A stretch of DNA of 64,000 nt from Ophelia neglecta (lineage: Eukaryota), in the NCBI GenBank assembly GCA_965285935.1, contig OZ260663.1:19902001-19966000 (forward strand). Direction: 5' to 3'. Shown piece by piece: positions 42,901 through 54,658 of the stretch. Position 1 is the first letter of the stretch. The number at the start of each line of letters is the position of its first letter. The position numbers were made by a program, and so were the translations under genes. The notes under the pieces were generated by a model. The model saw nothing but the letters and a program-made list of their open reading frames with translations, was not told where the DNA came from and did not search any database.

Positions 42901-45900
42901 GGCAAGCACAATTTGCTGTATGATATACATGTACCTAATATGCGCATTCAATACAAGAAAATGAGCTGTCTTCTTAATTTTAGCAATCATTTCCACATAC
43001 CAATGCCTCCCCACTTACTCTATTCCAACCCCCACCCCCACCCCCACAAGCCAATTCTTGACAAGACTCTCCCGCAAAAGCCCGATATTGTCCTCTACAT
43101 TGTGCTCCCCTCATTCTAAGCCTACCCTATTTTATCTTTTTACCAAATCGGTCCATCTTTTTTCTAGCCCCCCATCCCCCTTCTCCCTCCCCTCGTTTGT
43201 TTTAAGTCGCTTTTAACCCCGGCTCATGTTAAGCCTCCCACCCACACTACTGCCCACCCATGGCCTTCTCTCTAGTCAAGTACTGTACTTGGCCGGTTAC
43301 GAGGCGGAGCGATAATCGACTGATTGCCATCAGTGAGAGTAGCAGCTGCATTTTAATATGTTTCCAGGGAACATAGGTCTCCATTTATTGACCGGTAGAG
43401 TGATTATGTTTCCAAATAAAGAACAAGTCGGTGTACATTTCATTATAACAGACGCAAAATGAATAGGTATTGGCAAATCAAGGCCCGTGTCTCATAAAAA
43501 GAAGGATATGTTTTGCTATTCCACCGTGAACTGTAGTTTGCAACCAATTTCACTTTGCTTTATATTGATAAAACCTTTTAAGCAATTAGCAGTATCTTTC
43601 TTTTCAGTTCATGCCAATTTTCATTGAGAGTTTTTTGGCCTGCGCAAAATTGGTAATTGGAAAGCTGGCATAATGGATCCTATTGAGTTGTGCACGTACC
43701 TCTGCCACCTGGAAGTTGAATGTAATGACCTGAAATTGCATTTTTATGCCAATTGATTGACAAAACACAGTTACAAAGACAGCTGCAGACACATGCCCCT
43801 CATATAAGTGAGATTAAAACCGGAAGAACGTACGTTCGCGACAATATATTCCCATTCGCATATGTGTGAAGCATCAAGACTGTCTTTCCTATTTGTATAT
43901 TTATTGCCCTCTGAGCGTATTACAGCTATCTCGATAAGTATGCATTTACTGCCTTAAAGCCTTTACTGCATCTAAAAATGTTGGCTTGGGATCTCAAGTC
44001 AATTTCGATTAAGGAACATTTTGGAGACCAATGTGTTTATATAACGTAGTTTCCTTGCATCGAGATGAGCACTTCCTCTCCAACTGTAATTGGTTGATTA
44101 CGGCTCCACTTAAAACAGAGCCTACCTGATTACTACAAAAACCACTTTAATACAATTTTTCAGTTAAACATTTGTTGCATAAAAAACAATTTTGCTTCTT
44201 CAATTTTCTCATATTTTGCTGCCCACATGATCAAAATTTGCTACATTACAACTAATATAATGTCTTATTATAATAACATACTTAATTTGTGTCACATTGA
44301 AGTCAACTAACTATGTGTTATTGCCTTCAATAACCATATTTAGTACTATATCGAGTTAATTTCAAGTAAGAAAATGTCAAGCGGATGAAGCTATACCTTC
44401 AGGGCTCAGTAAGGAAGATAATTTTCATCACCACACGGCATGAATATCTTATATCCTACATGTTGGTATTACAGCCTGTCCCTGGATCATTTAATGCGTG
44501 TCAACAAAAGCCTGAAAATCCATAGCTAGGTGTTTGTGAAGAGAGCACTACCATAACAAAGCCTGGTAAAAAGGTGATTATCTATTCTTAAAGTTGATAT
44601 TGGAAGGGACATCACAATGAATAGATATCCGAAAAACATAACCATATGGTTTCTTGATAGAATTGACCGTCAGAGAAATCCTATACAATACCAGTAAGTG
44701 TCTAGGAGCATTTCATTCATATTTTTATCGACTTATAAGTCTTCTTGTGTTTAACAAGAATGACACGCTATGCTAATATTGACACAGTCCGTTCGTGAAA
44801 TGCTAACTGCACATAAAAATTACTGGCAAGCGATCGGATGTTATTGACGAACCGGTGCAGTCATTACTTTACTAGGAGAAGCTAACTCCTATTACTAACG
44901 GGCAATAAGTGTACGGTTTATTTATTCAGAGGGATAGGCAGGAACCTTTATCTGATCAGTGTATATATTGGTACCGTCTACGGACTGGGTCATTCATTCC
45001 CCTGCTACTCAAGGTAATTACACTGGACGTCAATATTCAAACTTACCCACTAAACATTTTCCATATTTCCTTTTTTTTTTTTTTTAGTTTTTGTCCTGTT
45101 CCAGAGTTGGTTGTTTTGCGTGTTTTGTTATACTGTGGTATTGACAGCGTTCTTTGCAAACAGATATTCCTGAGTCACATATTCTTATTAGGTTTAACGC
45201 GTTGTGTTAATTTGAAATAACCATGTAATAGTATTGACTTACTGACGTAGGGGGTTCATGTTTCATTGTACAGTTTGATTTTATTATAGTGAAAAAGAAT
45301 CATATTAGATCACCGTTCTCGGCCACTTTTGGATTTCTTGGATATTGAAATAAATGTCTACTTGGTTCAAACGTCACTATTCACATTTGTTTGTGAATCA
45401 AAATGAGATTCTACTTGAGATTGCATTATAGAGTAAGGTTTCTTCTTGATTCTGCATTTATATACGTGGCGTTATTTTGTACAATGCCTACGACGCGAGA
45501 ATATCACCATCATATGCCCTATTCAGTGTACGACTGCGCAAGAACTTTTGAAGGAATGTTTAGCGCCAATGAACCACCGGGATTGTCGTTTAAGCAAAAC
45601 GGTCATCTGTGCAAAAATCAATATGACGTCAACCTAGTAATAGCCGGTAGATAAACATTAGTGGCTATCTAATGAGAGAAGGGCACACACAAGAAGTAAT
45701 ATAACAGTAGGCCCTATGGGATCGATGGGTTCTCCGTCTAATGCATAGCAACACCTTTCAGCATTTCGGCCATTGTATTAATAAAGATCTACGCGACAAT
45801 GATTGTTGACTATTAACACCATGTAATGGTATCAATGTTAGCCCTAACTAAATTTGTCCAAAATACAGCGCAAATATATAGATTTAGATTTTAAAATATT

Positions 45901-47022
45901 GGATACCCCAATAGCTGCTGCTATAAAAAAATGTGTATATGTAGTCTGTTGGTCTATTCTTATTTCCTCTTTAGAGATATCTTATAAATGACAAAATAGC
46001 TTAAAAATTATAACCCCCATTTTAAAATTCTGGTAATTTCACATTTGTGCACAATTTAGGTAACCATGAAAAAGGCAATACCCCTTTTATTGAAAACAGG
46101 CTTAATCTAAAAGTCATTAGCTTTCTTATGATATTAATTTTAGCCTTACATGCCCCGGGCTTATTTAACTTTTAAATTTGGACATGCCCTCCTCGTCTAA
46201 AATCGTATATTAAGGTTGCCTGTTCTCAGTAAAAAGTAATAAAGCAAAACTGGTTCGTATAACAATTTCAATATTGTATTACACTATCGGAATCAGAAGT
46301 TTGTTTTTTAGCCCGAAAATTATGAACATGGTTATTGAAACCAAAAGAACAACGGTTATATAAATAGACTCATACTAAGATTAAACAAACCGTTATCTTG
46401 TTAGTTAAAATACCAATTTGCCCTTTTTAATTTTAAGATGTTTTTTCATGTGTCTTTCAAGCAAACCCACCTTTAATATCATTTTTTGTAAGAGAGCCCA
46501 TAATAGAAATTTCTAAATATTTCTTCTTTGTCCTACGTTGAAAACCAACTCGTTTATTTTATGCTCAGATTCAGATCATGGAAAACTGTTTTATGTTGAG
46601 TACATATCGTTGGAAACATCATATTTGATGGGTTATTATCATTAATGTCTTTGTGAATTTGGGATTGATATTTGTTGACCTGCAGCTGACGTTTCCTGAA
46701 GAATTGAAACTTGAAACATTGAAACTCCCGATTTAAAACTTTGCAACGTGTTCAGTGTATCCACATTCATCTGTACCAACAATCATTACTTTCATTTAAC
46801 ATGTCTTTGGACTTCTTTCAATAATTGCATGGTGCTTCTGACTGTTAAATCTCCGTTCTACTTGATTTGCTATTCTTTGAAGCCACCTATGTCGATGTAG
46901 ATATTTCTGTTAACAAGGAGTTTTTTTTTAGGATGTTTGATTTTTTTTACAGAGTTGGAATAGCAAAATCCAGATTACTCATCTAGATGATTTGTTTGTT
47001 GGAGGAAAGAAAACGATTAGCC

Positions 47023-47094
47023 TGCGTCGGCTGAAAATCGAACCCGGGTCGACTGCTTTAGAGGCAACCATGTTGACCAATACGCCACAGACGC
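47023..47094 (-). pseudogene. Diverged tRNA-Gly-derived gene with CTA anticodon (probable pseudogene)
   Basis: GCGTCTGTGGCGTATTGGTCAACATGGTTGC-CTCTAAA-GCAGTCGACCCGGGTTCGATTTTCAGCCGACGCA. Mismatches in the acceptor, D and T stems, and C61>T. Still followed by TTTT. Confidence 0.75.
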
Positions 47095-48801
47095 CTATTG
47101 AGGGAAAGTATGTTTATCTTCCCAGTGATAGTAAACCGCCTCTTTGTGTAAAAGGACAGGCGGTGCTGAACCACACGGTTTTTGTCCCGCAATAAAATGA
47201 TTAATGATCAGTCTGAAGCTATATTCTTACACTATTAAGCTCACTGCTACAACATCGGTGCGGCATTCACTTTAATATATATCGAAAAATAGTTATAGTA
47301 CCTCGTAGAATGCTTGTATGTTATTTTAAAAGACAAAACAGGATTAGAAACAATGAAGACAACCCGATAATCTGTAATTAGTGATATTCAAGTACTTAGA
47401 CCGAAGTCCTATCGAACCTCAGTTATATGTCCTTAAGCATAAATCTCCAGTTCTATAAGAAATATAAATAAGAATGAAACGTATTGAAGATTCATATATT
47501 AATAAGATACCATAATAGTAGGAAGAGACGTTCTAAGCAGTTTTCAATGATTGGAATTAATCCACGAGACAAAGGGGTTCGATATCAGTAATTGCCGAAA
47601 GTGCCATGTTCAATGCGAAGAGGAAGGTGGTTCTACATCTCATGGCAGTGTAATATGTAGATGGTGCTCACTTTGTAAGGTGAACCAGTCACGCTTTCGT
47701 TGTGATGAAACATGTACAATCTGCAATGAACAATGCTACAGCCCAGAATTAAGTCCTGAGCCTTAGAAAGACTGAAATTGATCAGTTAGAGATCATCTAT
47801 TGTATAGTGTTTATGCTTTGCCCAGGTGCCCTCATAAATATAGCTGGCGAAACTAGGCATTATGTGACAAAAGGACACGATTCCATTTAAAAAGTGGCGG
47901 ACGACCGTTGCTTGAGAACAAGCCTGATGTGATGGCAAGTTCAATTACAGACGATTCTAATGCAATATGAATTCTCCATATACCGAGAAATGGGCACTGA
48001 TTTACTCACAGTGAAGCTTTCAAAAGATCGACTCCCCTACCGAAACTGACACACAATAGCGACGATCCGTATTGCGTAAACGATAGTTGGCTTTGATAAC
48101 AACGATAGGCTAGTACAATGGTAACGGTACTGGAAGGTGTTTATTGGCACATAAATGGATGTTTACTCACCCCTAGAAACGATCTGTATGTAACAACGGA
48201 TATGATCGCGTTAATGTATTTCGAGACAAATGAAAGAACGAGGAATACAGAGCGGCCCAGGAAAAACCTAACCTACGGTATATATCAAGTGGGAAACCTG
48301 TACTAAGTGGCACAATGTATTTCTGCAAGATTGGAAAGCGGGCTTTTATTCGTATTGCCAGGAGGGTGTACATTTAACATTGTGTCAATATGTGTTTGAT
48401 ATATGAGAAAAACGGCTCTACGCCTTTGTAGTCAATTGTTTGCAATATATGAAATATAGACCCATGTGGTTTAGTAAATAACTTTTTTTTATTATTCCTG
48501 TAAAATCAAGGCAATCTGCTTTGTTTACTGGTATCTGAAAGAATAATGTGAAAGTTGAATACTATATGTGTTGTGGTGGGTTTGTGCTTGCACTGTCCCG
48601 TGTTGAAGGCAGGAATGTCAACATGTTGGGGGCATCGATCCACTGAAACAGAATCTCTGCTTGATTGGCCAGCTGAATTGCATGGTCCCTTAACCTGGTT
48701 CACCAGCTGAACGGGGGTCACTTACATGAGTTACCAGCCGGAGGAGATATCTGTATCCGAGTTGTTTGTCGGTTTGCCTTGAAACGGGAGAAAGATATGC
48801 C

Positions 48802-48858
48802 TACGTCGGCCGGGAGACGAACCCGGATCGATTGCTTGGAAGGCTACACTACCGACGC
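48802..48858 (-). pseudogene. tRNA-Gly(TCC) pseudogene with 15-bp internal deletion
   Basis: AGGC[aaccatgctagccgc deleted]TACAC removes D-arm/anticodon-stem sequence. There are additional substitutions and a diverged B-type flank. Confidence 0.85.
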
Positions 48859-49649
48859 TTGATGCTCGATATTGTTGTATTTCTCAACTGATGTTAACCA
48901 GTCAGTTTTTGGAATGCGGAGATGGACGATATATGCCTTGACACACAATCAAAAGTAAAAGTCGCGGTTGCAGCTTATATGATATACTCTTGCGTACCAA
49001 CTACCAGAGGGCCGGTGAGGAATATACTTTCATTGAAATGCAAACACATGAATATAGCCGCTTCGTTACCAAAGGGCAACATTTAATCTATTTGTAAAGT
49101 TTTTGTTGATATGCGATTTTTTGCCACAATATAATTTGCTGATATGCTTATTCCATGTTTATACCATGAGAAGTGGTAAGTTACTTTAGGGTCTTTGTAG
49201 AACGCAGATGGCTAGTCATCGGTAATTTTGATACACCCTTGTTTACCATTCGCATTCCCCCGAGGGGCCATTTACTTCATTTGCAACAAAACATATAATA
49301 ATTTGGAAACTTACAAATGAGGACATCGCCTCAATGCAATGTAATATTAATTATTGTAGCAATTTTGTTTTCTTATTTTATCAATATCTTTATAACTTAT
49401 TTTTAGAGTTATTTAACGTGCGGTATAAATGTGTGGACCTGTAGCTGTAACTTCGCATTATGTGCTGAGTATCCACTAGCGTATTTTCTGGGCAGTGCCT
49501 TATGTATTTTGTGCCAGCAATATAACTTTCATTTGGAAATGTCATTGGTCTTCTTTCATCAATTGCTAGGTTCTTTTGTTAGTTGCTGGTTTAGTTTTCC
49601 TCGATATGCTCCTTAAGACCATCCCATGCGAAGTTGATAAAAGAATGCC

Positions 49650-49721
49650 TGCGTCGGTTGGGAGTCGAACCCGGATCGATTGCTTGGAAGGCAACCATGC
49701 TAGCCGCTACACCACCGACGC
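49650..49721 (-). tRNA. trnG-TCC: tRNA-Gly(TCC) type A, T-stem double mismatch (probably impaired)
   Basis: T-stem 3' strand is CCCAA instead of CCCGG. Confidence 0.8.
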
Positions 49722-50061
49722 TTGATGATATATTTAGTTAATAAAGTTAAATCTTTGGTTTTTGGGCATGTACATGCCCTGAGAAAATTGTTTGTTAGAA
49801 ATTTTAAAGGATAAGATAGAAATAGAAACTTACCAGATAATACGATTACTTGTAACTAGGAATATTCCTGACCGAAGTCATCACGACTAACGGTCAAGGC
49901 TCTACGGTAATTATGTTTCGAAATACCAGAAGCGAGCAATAGAAAGAGTTGACTAAGCCTAAATGTGGTCCGACATATTCGCAAGGGAAGAGTTTCACAC
50001 ATGTTAATCATAGCGTTTGGAATTTTTGCTTCTTTGTTTTGAAACGGAAGAAAAAAGTGCC

Positions 50062-50133
50062 TGGGTCGGCCGGGAGTCGAACCCGGATCGATTGCTTGGA
50101 AGGCAACCATGCTAGCCACTACACCACCGACGC
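50062..50133 (-). tRNA. trnG-TCC: tRNA-Gly(TCC) type B, acceptor C2:C71 mismatch
   Basis: Plus strand reads tgggtcgg instead of tgcgtcgg. Confidence 0.8.
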
Positions 50134-50979
50134 TTTATGGTGAAGAAGGTTTTATCTCACTAGTGATGTTAACGCATTGGTTTTTGGAAGCTAGTCGCGA
50201 TGATGGACTATTTGTGCTATGACCCGTAATACAAAGTTAAAGTCACGGCTGGAACTAGTTTAATATACCCTTGTGCGCTACTAACCAGCAAGACGGCGCG
50301 GTGTATACTGCAGTTGACATGCAAACATAAATATAAAGCCGCTATTATATCAACAGCAACATTTAAACTATTTCTACACTTTTTGGTTGATATGTGATTT
50401 TTGCCGCAATATAATTTGCAGGTATGCTTATTCCATGTTCATACCATGAGCATTGATAAGTTACTTAAGAGGTCTTTGTAGAACGCAGATGGCTAGTCAT
50501 CGGTTATTTTGATACACACTTGTTTACTCTGCGCATTCCCCCGAGGGGCCATTTACTGCATTTGCAACAAAACATATAATAATTTGGAAACTCACAAATG
50601 AGGACGTTGCCTCAATGCAATGTAATATTTATTATTGTAGCAATTTTGTTTTCTAATTTTATCAATATCTTTATAACTTATTTTTAGAGTTAGTGAACTT
50701 GCGGTATAAATGTGTGGACCTGTAGCTGTAACATTTATAGACGAATTCGGAGCCAAATAATTATAACTCCTGCCTAATTACTTCGCATTATGTGCTGAGT
50801 ATCCACTAGCGTATTTTCTAGGCAGTGCCTTATGTATTTTGTGCCAGCAATATAACTTTCATTTGGAAATGTCATTGGTCTTCTTTCATCAATTGCTAGG
50901 CTCTTTTGCTAGATGCTGGTTTAGTTTTCCTCGATATGCTCTTTAAGACCATCCCATGCGAAGTTGATAAAAGAAAGCC

Positions 50980-51051
50980 TGCGTCGGCCGGGAGTCGAAC
51001 CCGGATCGATTGCTTGGAAGGCAACCATGCTAGCCGCTACACCACCGACGC
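50980..51051 (-). tRNA. trnG-TCC: tRNA-Gly(TCC) type A
   Basis: GCGTCGGTGGTGTAGCGGCTAGCATGGTTGCCTTCCAAGCAATCGATCCGGGTTCGACTCCCGGCCGACGCA: full cloverleaf, A/B boxes, downstream TTTT. Confidence 0.95.
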
Positions 51052-51333
51052 TTGATGATATATTTCGTTAATAAAGTTAAAGCTTTGGTTTTTGGCCATA
51101 TACATGCCCTGAGTAAATTGTTTGTTAGTAATTTTAAAGGATAAGATGGAAATAGAAACTTACCAGATAATACGATTACCTGGAACTAGGAATATTCAGT
51201 TACTGCTGACCGAAGTCATCACGACTAACGGTCAAGGCTCTACGGTTATTATGTTTTGAAATCTCAGAAGCAAGCAATAGAAAGAGTGGACTAATCCTAA
51301 ATGTGGTCCGACATATTCGCAAGGGAAGAGTTT

Positions 51334-51552
51334 ATTTAAGTTAATTTCGTGTGAGCCAAAGGTGATTAAGAAATTAACTTAGTTATTCAGTGAAGTGGCA
51401 GTGACACCTAAGTGGACTCGGGGGAGCGACTGAACGAGTTGTTCAGTTAAATAGTCACAGACTGGGAGTACCAGGCCGGCTGGGTTGTGTAGAAAAAAGG
51501 TTAGGCATTCTCAAGCTGCCTTTCTAGCCGGTCAGTCGCCACTAAAGCTTTT
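51334..51552 (+). repeat. Split direct repeat A1 (219 bp)
   Basis: 218/219 identical to 56162-56380. Confidence 0.95.
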
Positions 51553-51582
51553 CCCTTACCTTCAACTCCGAAAATCCAAGTT

Positions 51583-52041
51583 ATGAGCGAGGAAGAAGCA
51601 AACGGAGACACCGCAACTACCGGTGACCAACGTCAAGCTACCAGAGGCGACGAATCCCCGACATGGGCAGTAGCCTTACAGCAGGAAGTAGCCAAACTAA
51701 GAAAGTCCACTGAGGAAAACACCGCCATCGTGGGAAAAGTATCCGAACAAGTGGAAACCGACGATATCGACCATGAATGGCGCAAAAAGGGCCTAAAAAT
51801 ACAACACCAGACAAACTCAAAGGCACTCAAGACCATGAAAACAGCTTTGACCGCTGTTAGAGGAAACCAACCCGACCAAGCCTGTCAGTTCATCGAAAAA
51901 GGTATAGCATTACTTAAAGAGAGAAACAAAATGATTATGCTAGCTGATGTTTCACCCACAGGCTGGGCCACAGTAGAAGAATATCAGTCACGACCAGTCG
52001 CCGAAGACAGCGATGACGACAAAAAAATAAAAAAGGCTGAG
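51583..52041 (+). CDS. gag: Gag, exon 1 (153 codons)
   Basis: DIRS/PAT-type gag motifs WRKKGLKIQH and ERNKMIMLADVSPTGWATVEEY...AEDSDDDKKIKKAE. Donor GAG|GTATAT, phase 0. Confidence 0.85.
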
Positions 52042-52224
52042 GTATATTATTTTCATTTAACATTCTCCTAGATTGAGCTTTAAAGCGTAATTCGGACGAA
52101 GGCTTAAAATAAGTACCATTTTAATACTGACTCGCAAATAATAACAAGAGATATCTGTATAAAATTGCATTGAAATGATTGATGATATATCTTTTACTTC
52201 TTCCCGAATAATATTACTGAACAG
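52042..52224 (+). other. Spliceosomal intron (183 bp) within gag
   Basis: GT...CAG, AT-rich, with an in-frame stop, a pyrimidine tract CTTTTACTTCTTCCC and a TACTGA branch-like motif. Removing it joins KKAE to KSAKQK and the CCHC knuckle in frame. Confidence 0.75.
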
Positions 52225-54540
52225 AAATCAGCCAAGCAAAAGTTAGCCGCTAAAGCCGAAGCAAAGAAAACGAAACGTCCAAGATACAGCCCATACCAGA
52301 ACCAACCATTCAACCCCAGTACCAGAGGACCAGGTTACAAAACCTACGGCCCATACAAGAGTCAGAACCCCTGGTACCAACCTGCTCCGATTCCAGACCG
52401 AAGACAACCGACTTATAACGACGCTTGCTACCATTGCGGGGCCAGAGGTCACTTCCGGAACAAGTGCCCACAACTGACCATCAATCCGCCACCACAAAAA
52501 TGTCAGTATAAATTAGATTCTTCTGTACAAGAACTGGCCGAACTTGTTGCGGGAAGTAAACCAAAAAAGTATCTGTCCAAGGGATTTAGAGAAACGAACT
52601 TTGTAACAAGATATTCTGATTATGAGAAAGGACATGGTGAAATGAAAGTCATAGGAAATCTAAAAAACGGTTATAATTTCATGTCAAAAATCGGTGCCTC
52701 AGAATTTGTGCTCAAAACAGTAAAATTTGGTTATATAATCCCTTTCACGAATTTACCATCACCAAATAAATCGAGAAATAATGCCTCAAGCAGACAAAAT
52801 CCAGAATTTGTTCAAACAGAAATTGACCAATTAATTTGTTCGGGAGCTGTAGAGGAAGTGTATAGTCCTCCATGTGTGGTAAATCCCCTGACGGTATCAG
52901 ATAAAGCGGGGAAAAAACGCCTAGTTCTTGACTTGAGGCACGTAAACCAGTTTGTATATAAACAAAAAGTCCGATTCGAGGGACACGAAACTGTACTGAA
53001 TTTCCTCCGCCAGGGAGGCTATATGTTTGGTTTTGATTTGAAGAGTGGGTATCACCACTTGGAGATTCACGAGAGCCAACATACATACTTGGGGTTTTCT
53101 TTCCCTGACAGCTATGGCAAAACGAAATATTTCCAATTCCGAGTACTCCCTTTCGGTTTATCTTCAGCCGGGTACATCTTTACCAAAGTCTTGAGAGTAT
53201 TGATAAAATATTGGAGGGGTTTGGCCTACCATATTACAATGTTCCTAGATGATGGGATAGACGTCGAAAAAGATTTTGATTCGGCGTTCAAAGTTAGTGT
53301 AGCAGTCAAGTCAGACTTACTGTCAGCAGGTTGGGTTCCGAACCTACATAAAAGCACCTGGTACCCGGTACAAGTGCTACAATGGCTAGGCCATGTGTAT
53401 GACCTTATCAGAGCTCAAATCTATGCACCCGAAGCAAAAATAGCCAGGGCAAAAATTTTCATAGCTGATTGTCTTAAACAAGACAAATTACATGTGAAAG
53501 TACTAGCAGCAGCTGTAAGCACAATTACCGCATTGCAAATCCCCTTCGGCGATATCGTGTTCCTAAAGAGCAAAAGTTTTGCAAAAACTGTTTCGGAAGC
53601 AGAGACCTGGAATTCCCTTATTAATTTGACAGAATATGATAAATCCGAATTGGAATTTTGGTATTATAACATAGATTTATTCAACGGACAATCCTTCAAA
53701 ATTTTACCCTGTGCGTCGTCTGTGGCGTTCTCCGATGCCAGCGACACAGGAATAGCTGTCATTACATCACCCAGCCCTGATTATCACGAAATTGTATTAA
53801 AACGTGAATTTTCTTTCGCAGAAAAAAGAGAAAGTAGTACATTCAGGGAGCTTACAGCTATTATTGATGGCATGATAGCCTTCAAGGCCGTTCTTGGACA
53901 CACAGTGGTAAATTGGTTCACAGATTCAACCCCAGCTGTCCAAATAATCAAAAGAGGTAGTATGAAACCAAAGCTACAGAAGATAGCCCTCAGAATTTTC
54001 AATATTTCTAGACAAAATTGCATGAAAATTAGACCAATTTGGATCCCCAGAGATCAGAACCAAAAAGCTGACTACTATTCCAAAGTAATTGATTACGATG
54101 ATTGGGCTGTAAAACCAAAATGTTTCAGAAATATAACTTCAAAGTGGGGTATACCAAACATTGACCGCTTCGCAGACAAGGAAAATGCACAAGTCCAAAG
54201 GTACAATTCAAAATTTTACGACCCTTCTTCAGAAGCCATTGACGCATTTTCACAGTTCTGGGGCAATGATTTCAATTGGCTCACCCCTCCAGTTTTCCTA
54301 ATCAACAGAACTCTTTCTTATATGAAAATGTGCAAAGCAGTAGGAATACTAATAGTACCCATATGGGAATCTGGCAGCTTTTGGCCAAACATAGTTTCAG
54401 AATTCCAGTATTTCTCTCACAACATCATTGATCATTTGATCATGGAAGATGGGTTTGTTCATTCAAGAAACAAAAATTCATTATTCGGTTCGCCTAATTG
54501 GCGAAGCAAGACCCTTGCTATGCTGTTAGACTATAGGTGA
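52225..54540 (+). CDS. pol: Gag exon 2 (CCHC zinc knuckle) continuous in frame with Pol: reverse transcriptase, RNase H, DNA N6-adenine methyltransferase-like domain (ATG ORF 52642-54540)
   Basis: CYHCGARGHFRNKC at 52426-52467. RT motifs RLVLDLR, FDLKSGYHH, LPFG, FLDDG. RNase H motifs FSDAS, RELTA, FTDS, WIPRDQNQKAD. MT-like motifs IDRFA, DAFSQFW, NWLTPP, LIVPIW. No stop from 52225 to 54540. Confidence 0.92.
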   Translation, partial: KSAKQKLAAKAEAKKTKRPRYSPYQNQPFNPSTRGPGYKTYGPYKSQNPWYQPAPIPDRRQPTYNDACYHCGARGHFRNKCPQLTINPPPQKCQYKLDSSVQELAELVAGSKPKKYLSKGFRETNFVTRYSDYEKGHGEMKVIGNLKNGYNFMSKIGASEFVLKTVKFGYIIPFTNLPSPNKSRNNASSRQNPEFVQTEIDQLICSGAVEEVYSPPCVVNPLTVSDKAGKKRLVLDLRHVNQFVYKQKVRFEGHETVLNFLRQGGYMFGFDLKSGYHHLEIHESQHTYLGFSFPDSYGKTKYFQFRVLPFGLSSAGYIFTKVLRVLIKYWRGLAYHITMFLDDGIDVEKDFDSAFKVSVAVKSDLLSAGWVPNLHKSTWYPVQVLQWLGHVYDLIRAQIYAPEAKIARAKIFIADCLKQDKLHVKVLAAAVSTITALQIPFGDIVFLKSKSFAKTVSEAETWNSLINLTEYDKSELEFWYYNIDLFNGQSFKILPCASSVAFSDASDTGIAVITSPSPDYHEIVLKREFSFAEKRESSTFRELTAIIDGMIAFKAVLGHTVVNWFTDSTPAVQIIKRGSMKPKLQKIALRIFNISRQNCMKIRPIWIPRDQNQKADYYSKVIDYDDWAVKPKCFRNITSKWGIPNIDRFADKENAQVQRYNSKFYDPSSEAIDAFSQFWGNDFNWLTPPVFLINRTLSYMKMCKAVGILIVPIWESGSFWPNIVSEFQYFSHNIIDHLIMEDGFVHSRNKNSLFGSPNWRSKTLAMLLDYR

Positions 54541-54658
54541 CGTGCACATAGTAAAACACTTCCAGTAAGCAAAAGCACAAAAATTTAATTACAGTCTACC
54601 AATGAATGTATTAACATGCTGTGTTATTATAACTATTAAAATCCCACTTAAATTACAG

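Noticed and set aside
44530-44693. Open 54-codon plus-strand stretch ending in GTAAGT (possible exon)
   Set aside because: No polypyrimidine tract, no recognisable protein and no partner exons.
1064-46900. Numerous 60-130 aa ORFs other than the two MATH-like exons
   Set aside because: No recognisable domains, and composition is typical of random ORFs in AT-rich non-coding DNA.
47551-47766. Cys-rich 71-aa ORF (CRKC, CRWCSLC, CTIC)
   Set aside because: Could be a decayed transposon zinc finger, but the spacing fits no family I can name and neighbouring frames have stops.
51461-51491. Resemblance of the A repeat to the 5S rRNA 3' end or the HDV ribozyme (CTGGGAGTACCAGG, GCCGGCTGGG)
   Set aside because: Only 10-14 nt matches; the rest of either RNA could not be built.
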